A model generated the notes under the pieces. The model was not told where the DNA came from and did no database searches. It saw nothing but the letters and a program-made list of their open reading frames with translations. 16,380 nucleotides of DNA from a bacterium. Its GTDB lineage: Bacteria; UBP7; UBA6624. Location: positions 1 through 16,380 of the forward strand of contig PBAU01000005.1 of NCBI GenBank assembly GCA_002716355.1, given 5' to 3'. The position numbers and the translations under genes are program-made. Of this stretch, positions 8,134-15,909 are shown piece by piece. Positions within the stretch are counted from its first letter, which is position 1. Each line of letters starts with the position of its first letter.

Positions 8134-8160
8134 AGATTTTAAATAATATTTGATTTAAGT

Positions 8161-9945
8161 ATGTGCGGAATAGTTGGTTTAACAAGCGAAAAGATATCCT
8201 CAAAGGAAACTCTGTATGCATTGCGCAAGCTTGAATACCGTGGCTACGATTCAGTCGGAATAAGCACATTGACACCCACCATAAAAACAAACAAGATGAA
8301 AGGAAAGGTCAATGACTTCATCAAAGATAATGTTGACAATTTGCCAGAAGGAAACACAAGCATTGCCCATACAAGATGGGCAACACATGGCAAGCCATCA
8401 AAAACAAACTCCCATCCAATATCCGCTAATGGGATGTCATTGGTTCACAATGGGATCATAGAGAATGAATCCTCCCTGAGAGAAAAACTTATACAAAAAG
8501 GCCATAAGTTCATTTCAGAAACAGACACAGAGGTAATATTGAGGCTTATTATCGATTCAGGAAAAAGCATTGATGATGCATTGCCTGAAGTAATCAAAAA
8601 GCTTGAAGGATCTTTTGCAATAGCAATTCTCGATGAGAAAAACCAGCAGAAGATATATTTTGCAAGAAAGTCTTCGCCATTGATAATTGGAGTTGGCAAA
8701 AGCGAAATGTGGCTATCAAGCGATGTCAATGCAATATTGGAAAAAACAAGAGAGGTGTGTTTTCTTGAGGATGAAAGATGGGGCTTCATCACGCCTGACA
8801 AAGCTTCAATCTTCACAATGGATGGGAAAAGAGAGGAAATAAAAACATCAACCATTCCATGGGATCCCGAATCAACGCACAAGGCTGGATACCCCCATTT
8901 CATGCTTAAGGAAATCTTCGAGCAGCCAAGATGCCTTACGGACAGCATGTCTGACAAGATGGATCTTGAATCAATACATTTCCCAGAGAATGCTGCCAAG
9001 GTTTTAAAGAACGTGAAAAGAATCAAGTTGATTGCATGTGGCACAAGCTACAATGCCACCCTAGCCTTCAAGTACTGGACGGAGAATTTTGCAGATATTC
9101 CATGTGATGTTGAATATGCAAGTGAAGCAAGGTTCAGGCCGGTTTTTGAGGAAGAGGGGCTTTTGGTCATTGCCGTCAGCCAAAGCGGTGAGACAGCCGA
9201 CACCATAAAGGCAGCTGAAAACTACACGAACAAAAAAGTTCCCCTTCTTTCAATAGTCAACAGCTATGGAAGCGCACTTGAAAGGATGTCAGACGCTGTT
9301 TTGAGGACACATGCCGGCGTTGAGATAGGCGTTGCGGCAACAAAGACCCATATCACACAGCTATTGACCCTTTACCTGATATCACTGCACCTTTCAAAGA
9401 AAGACAACAGGAAAGAAAAAATCCAGGAATTGTGGAGATTGCCATTGGCGATAGAGAAAGTCCTTTCGAAAGATGAAGAGATCGAGAATGTGGCTAAAAA
9501 ATACACAAAAGTGAAAAATGTCCTTTTCCTGGGAAGGCAATACTCATGGCCAACAGCGCTTGAGGGAAGCCTCAAGCTAAAAGAGATCTCCTACATCCAT
9601 GCTGAAGCCTATGCGGCTGGAGAAATGAAACATGGGCCAATCGCCCTTGTCTCAGAAAAGCTCCTGTCAGTCATTGTCGCAAACAATGACGAGCACTTTG
9701 AAAAGGTCATCGGAAACCTGAGGGAAATATCCGCAAGGAAAGGGCAGATACTTCTCCTGACGACAGAGGATGCACCTGAAATCAAGCAGGCTGACTCAAC
9801 AATAAGGATATCCTCGATATCCAGCGAGATGTCATCTTTCTGCTTTGTGGTGGTGCTGCAGCTTCTTTCATACCATATCGCAAAGCATTTGGGCTTGGAT
9901 ATCGACCAACCAAGGAATCTTGCAAAAACAGTGACAGTGGAGTAG
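8161..9945 (+). CDS. glmS: Glutamine--fructose-6-phosphate aminotransferase (isomerising)
   Basis: N-terminal MCGIVG with the catalytic Cys2. Two SIS domains (CGTSYNA, SQSGETADT). C-terminal KTVTVE. 594 aa. Confidence 0.97.
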   Translation: MCGIVGLTSEKISSKETLYALRKLEYRGYDSVGISTLTPTIKTNKMKGKVNDFIKDNVDNLPEGNTSIAHTRWATHGKPSKTNSHPISANGMSLVHNGIIENESSLREKLIQKGHKFISETDTEVILRLIIDSGKSIDDALPEVIKKLEGSFAIAILDEKNQQKIYFARKSSPLIIGVGKSEMWLSSDVNAILEKTREVCFLEDERWGFITPDKASIFTMDGKREEIKTSTIPWDPESTHKAGYPHFMLKEIFEQPRCLTDSMSDKMDLESIHFPENAAKVLKNVKRIKLIACGTSYNATLAFKYWTENFADIPCDVEYASEARFRPVFEEEGLLVIAVSQSGETADTIKAAENYTNKKVPLLSIVNSYGSALERMSDAVLRTHAGVEIGVAATKTHITQLLTLYLISLHLSKKDNRKEKIQELWRLPLAIEKVLSKDEEIENVAKKYTKVKNVLFLGRQYSWPTALEGSLKLKEISYIHAEAYAAGEMKHGPIALVSEKLLSVIVANNDEHFEKVIGNLREISARKGQILLLTTEDAPEIKQADSTIRISSISSEMSSFCFVVVLQLLSYHIAKHLGLDIDQPRNLAKTVTVE

Positions 9946-9964
9946 TTTTATAGATAAATTCAAT

Positions 9965-10324
9965 ATGAACAAAATCAATCTAAACTCCAAACTTAAGCTA
10001 TTCTCAGAACATTGGTCTCCGAAGGTTATTGCGGAAATGAATGATTATCAGTTCAAGCTCGTCAAGCTCAAGGGCGAATTCGTATGGCACAAGCATGATG
10101 ACACTGATGAAACCTTTATGGTCATAGAAGGAACCCTGAATATTGAATTCAAGGACAAGACGGTGAGGCTTGAGGAAGGGGAAATGATCGTGGTGAAGAA
10201 AGGGGAGATGCACAAGCCCTTTGCCGAAGAGCAATGCAAAGTCCTGCTGATTGAGCCAAGAGGTATCGTGAATACCGGAGAACATGGCGGTAATTTAACA
10301 GCAGAAAATGACGTTTGGATTTAA
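9965..10324 (+). CDS. Cupin-domain protein (cupin_2 type), function unknown
   Basis: 119 aa. The WHKHDDTDETFMVIEGTL...GEMIVVKKGEMHKP pattern matches the two cupin motifs. Confidence 0.8.
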   Translation: MNKINLNSKLKLFSEHWSPKVIAEMNDYQFKLVKLKGEFVWHKHDDTDETFMVIEGTLNIEFKDKTVRLEEGEMIVVKKGEMHKPFAEEQCKVLLIEPRGIVNTGEHGGNLTAENDVWI

Positions 10325-10340
10325 AATCCCACTTTAAAAA

Positions 10341-10345
10341 AAGGA
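10341..10345 (+). promoter_or_regulatory. Shine-Dalgarno site (AGGAG) for the serine hydrolase gene
   Basis: AGGAG lies 7 nt upstream of the ATG at 10353. Confidence 0.7.
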
Positions 10346-10352
10346 GTTAAAA

Positions 10353-11609
10353 ATGAACTATAAATCACTAATTTTGACAATATTTTTCTTTGTTAATTAC
10401 TCATATTCCACAATAGCACAAACACATATAGATCCCGATGTAGCTCTTGAAGCAAAATCCCAGCTTGCCCTAGCAATCGAAACTGGAGAAATAGAGGGAG
10501 GCATGATTCTTGTGCATGCCAACGGAAAAGAGATCATGCTTGACATACAAGGCTATCATGACATTGAGGACCAACTTCCCTTCAAGGAGTCTTCGCTTAT
10601 ACGTATCTACTCAATGACAAAACCGATCACCTCAGCTGCAGCAATGACATTATGGGAAGAGGGGAAATTTAAACTAGACGATCCTGTGTCAAAATACATC
10701 CCATCATTCAAAAATGCCAAAGTTGGAAAAGTTGAAAGGCCATTCAGAAGAATGTCTGCAAACAGCTTTGAGCTAGTGTCCCCTGAACGTGAAATAACCG
10801 TAAGAGACCTGCTTACACATAGTGCTGGCTACACATATGGTGGAGCTGACTATCCAAACAGTCCTTTTGCCAATGGTTACAGGAATAGAGGTGTTACCTT
10901 TTGGGGTCCAGAAAACATGTTTCCACCAAAAATGTCAATTCAAAAGGCCGCACAGTTGCTGTCTGAAGTTCCCCTAAGGCATGAACCTGGTGAACGCTGG
11001 ACATATGGCCTAAATACAGATATAGTTGGCGCCCTGATTGAAATTTGGTCAGGTATGGAGTTGGGTGAATATTTCAAAGAGTCCATTTTCAAACCTTTAG
11101 GCATGAAAGATACCTTCTTCAAGATTCCAGAAGAAAAAATGCACAGATTCACATCCTGTCATTTGAAAAAAGAGACAGGTGTTGCGGTTATCGACAAATG
11201 GAATTCGAGCCCATACAGAGATGGTTTTGAATTCCAAAGCGGTGGGGGTGGCCTGGTTAGCACTATTCAAGATTATGCAAAATTCTCAATAATGCTCGCC
11301 AATTGGGGTGAATCGAATGGAAAAAGAATCCTTGAAAAATCCACTCTAGAAAAAATGTTTGAAAAACATTTTCCAATAGGTGAGATGGCAGATTTCGGCC
11401 TTGGTTTCGCTATAGAGCCTGTTGTCTTGGGCAACAATCCAAAAGCACAATTTGAACAATATGGCTGGTCTGGCTATGCAGGCACTTGGTTCAGAGTGAT
11501 TCCGGAATCAAACATAAGCATGATCTTCATGAGACAAGGATTGCCTTACAGTGTTGACTTTGCGGAAAGCCTGTTTGAAACAATTCGAAAAGGAATCATC
11601 ATAGAATAA
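10353..11609 (+). CDS. Secreted beta-lactamase-family serine hydrolase (class-C / EstB-like esterase or peptidase)
   Basis: N-terminal signal peptide. S-x-x-K motif in YSMTKPITSAAAM. HSAGYTYG motif. The GGGGLVSTIQDYAKF block is typical of PF00144-type proteins. Confidence 0.85.
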   Translation: MNYKSLILTIFFFVNYSYSTIAQTHIDPDVALEAKSQLALAIETGEIEGGMILVHANGKEIMLDIQGYHDIEDQLPFKESSLIRIYSMTKPITSAAAMTLWEEGKFKLDDPVSKYIPSFKNAKVGKVERPFRRMSANSFELVSPEREITVRDLLTHSAGYTYGGADYPNSPFANGYRNRGVTFWGPENMFPPKMSIQKAAQLLSEVPLRHEPGERWTYGLNTDIVGALIEIWSGMELGEYFKESIFKPLGMKDTFFKIPEEKMHRFTSCHLKKETGVAVIDKWNSSPYRDGFEFQSGGGGLVSTIQDYAKFSIMLANWGESNGKRILEKSTLEKMFEKHFPIGEMADFGLGFAIEPVVLGNNPKAQFEQYGWSGYAGTWFRVIPESNISMIFMRQGLPYSVDFAESLFETIRKGIIIE

Positions 11610-11632
11610 CTTTATACATAAAGTTAAACCTT

Positions 11633-12958
11633 ATGAAATTGTTGCAAAAATTACTAATCATTGTCCTTCTCACTGCTTCAAAACCTGTTGTCATAGAGGA
11701 ATGGATTGACTTTCATTGTCCTTATTGCGTAAAGTTTGTAAAAGAGGTTCTGCCTAAAATAGAAGAAAAATATGGTGATGATGTCATACTGAAAATCAAC
11801 CACCTACCTTTAACTGACTTACATCCGAATGCAAAAAAGGTTGCTGAAGCAGCAGTATGCGCAGAAAGACAAGACCTTTTTTGGGAAATGCACGATGCGA
11901 TCATTGACAACAACGCACAGACTGAATCACAACTTATCAGTATAGCTTCAAGCATTGGTGCAAATGCTGTTGAATTCGAAATGTGCCTTCGTTTTGGACA
12001 GGCAACCAAGAAAGTTGAAAACGACATGAAAAAAGCTTCTGAACTCGGAGTTACCGGAACCCCATTTTTCCTAATTGAGGATGTCCCGATTGGCGGATAT
12101 GCAGAATTTGAAAATTTTGATGCATTGATATCAAGAGCACTAAAACAGGAAACGAGATTATCACTTAAAGATATAGATCCGCCCATCAAAGGCAAGATAA
12201 TTATCGACCCAAGATGTGGCGAAAGGTGCGAGAAGGTCTCAACATCATTCCTAAACAACTATTTTCCAACATTGGAAATAGAAAAAGTGTACATGGCAGA
12301 TGATTCAATTCCATGGAGCCCATATGTCACAGTTGATTCAAACATAACAAAGGCCTATAGGTTTGGAGACATAGCAAGAAACCTAAGGCAAAAGGGAAAT
12401 GAATTCATCATAAGACCAGCTGTATTAAGCCCTGTCTTCATCAATAAGGACATTGCAAATGATGGACGTCCGCAACTTGGAGAGAGTGACAAAAACAAAA
12501 TAGTGCTTTACACAAGTTTCACATGTCCATATTGTGCAAAACAGGTTGAGGAAGTCTTTTCACTTGAAGATGAAATGAATATCACATTCAAGCATTTCAT
12601 AAGAACGCAAAACGATGTAGTCTTTTCCCAGATTGCAGAATGCGTCAATACACATCGTCCAGAAAAATTCTGGCAATTCTCTTTGGCTTTACTTGAATCA
12701 ATACCACAGGACGAAGAGACTTTGTTTCAAATGTTCTCATCCATGACAGGCTTAAATAAAGAAATTTTTGAAAGCTGTAAGACTGATGAAAAAATCATAG
12801 ACATCATGGTCAAGGACATGGAAGAAGCAAACATGTTAGGCATAGATGCCACGCCAGCAACGGTAATAAACAATTTCATGTACGTTGGGCTGGTCAGGAA
12901 AAAAGATTTAATTGAGTTAACAAAAAATGAAGAAATGGAGGAAGGAAATGATTCCTAG
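11633..12958 (+). CDS. Exported thiol:disulfide oxidoreductase with two DsbA-like (Thioredoxin_4-type) domains separated by a middle domain of about 110 aa
   Basis: Hydrophobic N-terminus. CPYC motifs at aa 29-32 (nt 11717-11728) and aa 298-301 (nt 12524-12535). Each is followed by a cis-Pro motif (GVTGTPFF and GIDATPATV). The middle segment carries a CGERC pair. Confidence 0.8.
   Translation: MKLLQKLLIIVLLTASKPVVIEEWIDFHCPYCVKFVKEVLPKIEEKYGDDVILKINHLPLTDLHPNAKKVAEAAVCAERQDLFWEMHDAIIDNNAQTESQLISIASSIGANAVEFEMCLRFGQATKKVENDMKKASELGVTGTPFFLIEDVPIGGYAEFENFDALISRALKQETRLSLKDIDPPIKGKIIIDPRCGERCEKVSTSFLNNYFPTLEIEKVYMADDSIPWSPYVTVDSNITKAYRFGDIARNLRQKGNEFIIRPAVLSPVFINKDIANDGRPQLGESDKNKIVLYTSFTCPYCAKQVEEVFSLEDEMNITFKHFIRTQNDVVFSQIAECVNTHRPEKFWQFSLALLESIPQDEETLFQMFSSMTGLNKEIFESCKTDEKIIDIMVKDMEEANMLGIDATPATVINNFMYVGLVRKKDLIELTKNEEMEEGNDS
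12937..12941 (+). promoter_or_regulatory. Shine-Dalgarno site (GGAGG) for purB, embedded in the 3' end of the preceding gene
   Basis: GGAGG lies 6 nt upstream of the ATG at 12948. Confidence 0.7.
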
Positions 12959-14234
12959 ATACACATTACCAGAAATGGCAAAAATTTGGTCAAGAGAAGC
13001 TCGTTTTGAAGCTTGGTATGAAGTCGAGCTAGCTTGGCTTCAAACATTAGAAGATAATGGCGACGTACCCAAGGGTGCCACAGAAAAATGCAAGGGAGCA
13101 AAGATAAACCTTGAAAAATTAGACGAAATAGAGAAGAAAGTTAGACATGAAGTTATCGCCTTTTTGGAAATGCTAAGAGAGCAATTGCCACCAGAAGGAA
13201 AATACATACACCATGGTTTAACAAGTTCTGACATTATGGACACAGGAGTCGCAATACAAACAAAATCTGCAAATGAAATCCTTCTGAAATCACTTGATAA
13301 ATATATAGAAAACCTTTTATGGATCGCTGAAAAAACTATCAACATTCCATCAGCAGGAAGAACACATGGCATGCATGCAGAGCCAATTGCATTTGGTTTG
13401 AGGTTTGCAAGATTTGCTGCTGCTGCAAAAAGAGACAGAAAAAAACTTAAAGAAGCAATGCGTAACAACGCTGTAGGAAAATTAGCAGGTGCAGTTGGCA
13501 CCTATGCTTTTTATTCTCCTGACTATGAGCAGAGCACATTATCTCAAGTAGGCTTAAACCCAGAAACAGTTCCTTCCCAAGTTGTATCAAGAGATCGACA
13601 TGCTGAACTTTTGACAACCATAGCTGTTTGTGCCTCCAATGTCGAACAATTTGCAATAGAAATGCGACACTTGCAAAGAACTGAGGTTTCAGAAGCAGAG
13701 GAACCCTTCACGACAGGTCAAAAAGGCTCAAGTGCAATGCCTCATAAAAGAAATCCTATAGTTGGTGAAAGATTGACTGGCTTGGCAAGGCTTCTAAGAG
13801 GCTTGAGCCAAACAGCAATGGAAAATGTGGCATTATGGCACGAAAGAGACATATCACACTCTTCAACAGAAAGATTTCTATTACCGACAGCCACAGCAAC
13901 ACTTCAGTACATGCTCGAAAGAGCTGCAATTGTTGCTAAAGGCTTGAATGTTTACGAGAAAAACATTAAAAGAAACATGAATCAAGGTGGAGGGATACTT
14001 TTTACACAAGCAGCACTTTTGAAAATGGTTGAAAAAGGTCTTTCAAGAGAAGATGCATATTCAATAATCCAAGAATTGGCATTCAAGGCAAAGGAAGGTG
14101 GCAATTTTAAAGAGCTGTTAAAGGCAGATAAGCGTGTAAATGTCTTGCTAAATGAAGAAGATATTAATAAAATATTCGCAACTGATAAATACCTAAAGTA
14201 TTCATCAGAAATTCTAAAAAGAGTAAAGGAGTAA
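12948..14234 (+). CDS. purB: Adenylosuccinate lyase
   Basis: MIPRYTLPEMAKIWS N-terminus typical of PurB. The GSSAMPHKRNP signature loop of the fumarate-lyase superfamily is present. I prefer the start at 12948 (GGAGG SD, conserved N-terminus) over the ORF-track start at 12927. Confidence 0.95.
   Translation: MIPRYTLPEMAKIWSREARFEAWYEVELAWLQTLEDNGDVPKGATEKCKGAKINLEKLDEIEKKVRHEVIAFLEMLREQLPPEGKYIHHGLTSSDIMDTGVAIQTKSANEILLKSLDKYIENLLWIAEKTINIPSAGRTHGMHAEPIAFGLRFARFAAAAKRDRKKLKEAMRNNAVGKLAGAVGTYAFYSPDYEQSTLSQVGLNPETVPSQVVSRDRHAELLTTIAVCASNVEQFAIEMRHLQRTEVSEAEEPFTTGQKGSSAMPHKRNPIVGERLTGLARLLRGLSQTAMENVALWHERDISHSSTERFLLPTATATLQYMLERAAIVAKGLNVYEKNIKRNMNQGGGILFTQAALLKMVEKGLSREDAYSIIQELAFKAKEGGNFKELLKADKRVNVLLNEEDINKIFATDKYLKYSSEILKRVKE
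14226..14231 (+). promoter_or_regulatory. Shine-Dalgarno site (AAGGAG) for purC, overlapping the end of purB
   Basis: AAGGAG lies 9 nt upstream of the ATG at 14241. Confidence 0.65.
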
Positions 14235-14240
14235 AAAAAT

Positions 14241-14945
14241 ATGAAAAAAATGTATGAAGGAAAGGCAAAAATACTTTTTGACGATGGTGTTGAAGGTACT
14301 TTGATTCAGAAATTCAAAGACAGTGCAACGGCATTTAATGCAAAAAAGAAGGATGAGTTTGATGGAAAAGGTGTTCTTAACAGAAAGATATCTGAATTAA
14401 TGTTCGGATACCTTGAAGGACATGGCATAAAAACACACTTTGTAGAAAATCTAGATGAAAGATCAGACAGGGTAAGAAGCGTTGAGATATTGAAACTAGA
14501 AGTTGTTGTAAGGAATAGGTCCGCAGGATCTTTCTGCAGAAGATATGCAGCTCCAAAAAACATAACATTTACACCTTGCTTGTTTGAGCTTTACCTAAAA
14601 GAAGATGAGTTGGACGACCCTCAAATAACTGAAGACTCAGCACTTGCTCTTGAGCTCATAAATAAAGATCAATTAGAACATGTAAGAGAAACAACATTGA
14701 AAATCAATGAACTAATGAAAGACCTTTTCTTGAAAATTGGGTTTATTCTTGTAGATTACAAGCTTGAATTTGGAAAAACTTCAGATGGTGAAATAATTCT
14801 CGCAGATGAAATTAGCCCAGACACAATGAGACTTTGGGATCCTGAGACACTTGATAGCTACGATAAAGATCTCTTTAGAGAAGATACCGGAGACCTGCTT
14901 GTTGGCTATAGGGAAGTTTTAAAAAGACTTCAAGAACAACTGTGA
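14241..14945 (+). CDS. purC: Phosphoribosylaminoimidazole-succinocarboxamide (SAICAR) synthase
   Basis: MYEGKAKILF N-terminus. LEVVVRNRSAGSF and LADEISPDTMRLWD motifs typical of PurC. 234 aa. Confidence 0.95.
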   Translation: MKKMYEGKAKILFDDGVEGTLIQKFKDSATAFNAKKKDEFDGKGVLNRKISELMFGYLEGHGIKTHFVENLDERSDRVRSVEILKLEVVVRNRSAGSFCRRYAAPKNITFTPCLFELYLKEDELDDPQITEDSALALELINKDQLEHVRETTLKINELMKDLFLKIGFILVDYKLEFGKTSDGEIILADEISPDTMRLWDPETLDSYDKDLFREDTGDLLVGYREVLKRLQEQL

Positions 14946-15181
14946 CAAAAGTTCAAATCGTTGTTACGGTTAGAAAAGGAACACTTGACCCTGAAGCTAG
15001 AACAATCAGAAGAGCGCTAAGAAAAAGCGGAGCTGATATAGACGATTTAAAAGTAGGAAAATGGTTTGAGGTTGAATTTCCCAACTTAAACAAAGAAGAA
15101 GCTTTGAAAGAAGCTGAAAAAATTGCAAAAAACGTTCTATCTAACCCTGTTGTGCATCAATGCATCATTAAAGAAAGTTAA
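14942..15181 (+). CDS. purS: Phosphoribosylformylglycinamidine synthase subunit PurS
   Basis: 79 aa. V..RKGTLDPEARTIRRAL pattern. Located between purC and purQ. The GTG start forms a GTGA overlap with the purC stop. Confidence 0.9.
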   Translation: MTKVQIVVTVRKGTLDPEARTIRRALRKSGADIDDLKVGKWFEVEFPNLNKEEALKEAEKIAKNVLSNPVVHQCIIKES

Positions 15182-15843
15182 TGAAGGTAGGTGTAGTAGT
15201 TTTTCCAGGAAGCAACTGTGATAGAGATGCTTATCGATTCATGTCGGATCTTGGCTTTTCGACACAATGGCTTTGGCATGGGGATACAAATCTAAAAAAT
15301 GTTGATTTGGTTTTTCTTCCTGGCGGTTTTTCTTATGGTGATTACCTAAGAAGTGGAGCTATTGCAAAATTCTCACCCATAATGGAGGAAATCAAAGAGC
15401 ATGCTGATAAGGGCGGCGCAGTTGTGGGCATATGCAATGGTTTTCAAATATTAATTGAATCTGGTCTTTTACCTGGTGCAATGAGAACAAACAAGACAAA
15501 TTCCTTTATTTGTGATTGGTCAAAATTAGTCAAAATCGAATGCGTTGATGGGCCTTGGAATGGACCAAAGGATGGGGAATTGTTAAATATACCTATCGCA
15601 CATATGGAAGGAAATTGGTATGGAGACGAAAAACTTCTTCAACAGATCAAAGAAAACAAGCAAATCATTTACAGATATGAAGAAAACATGAACGGTTCTG
15701 TTGATAACATAGCTGGCCTATTGAATAAAAAAGGCAATGTTTTAGGAATGATGCCTCATCCAGAAAGAGCATCCAGTGCATTATTGGGGAGCTCAGACGG
15801 GATTAAAGTTTTCGAAAATCTCACAAGCAACCTAAGAAGCTAA
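15181..15843 (+). CDS. purQ: Phosphoribosylformylglycinamidine synthase, glutamine amidotransferase subunit PurQ
   Basis: VVVFPGSNCDRD N-terminus. Catalytic Cys in GICNGFQIL. MPHPER histidine motif. TAATG overlap with purS. Confidence 0.95.
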   Translation: MKVGVVVFPGSNCDRDAYRFMSDLGFSTQWLWHGDTNLKNVDLVFLPGGFSYGDYLRSGAIAKFSPIMEEIKEHADKGGAVVGICNGFQILIESGLLPGAMRTNKTNSFICDWSKLVKIECVDGPWNGPKDGELLNIPIAHMEGNWYGDEKLLQQIKENKQIIYRYEENMNGSVDNIAGLLNKKGNVLGMMPHPERASSALLGSSDGIKVFENLTSNLRS

Positions 15844-15851
15844 AAAAAAAT

Positions 15852-15878
15852 GCCCCCCTTGTTTCCAAGAGGGGCTTT
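15852..15878. terminator. Bidirectional intrinsic terminator between purQ and the convergent membrane-protein gene
   Basis: Stem GCCCCCCTT / AAGAGGGGC with one mismatch and loop GTTTCC. It is followed by TTT on the + strand and preceded by A9 (15842-15850), which gives a U-tract for the - strand transcript. Confidence 0.75.
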
Positions 15879-15909
15879 AGATATCAAATCTAATTAAAAA
15901 TAAAAACTA

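Noticed and set aside
8134-8160. glmS ribozyme or leader upstream of glmS
   Set aside because: Only 27 nt separate glmS from the divergent gene, far too short for the glmS ribozyme, and I saw no conserved core.
12927-12947. ORF-track start at 12927 for purB (MKKWRKEM...), and the start at 5626 for the nucleotidyltransferase
   Set aside because: The downstream ATGs fit better. ATG 12948 has a GGAGG SD site and gives the conserved PurB N-terminus. ATG 5590 forms an ATGA junction with ispE and starts directly at the nucleotide-binding loop. The longer forms add basic, non-conserved-looking extensions that overlap the upstream genes.
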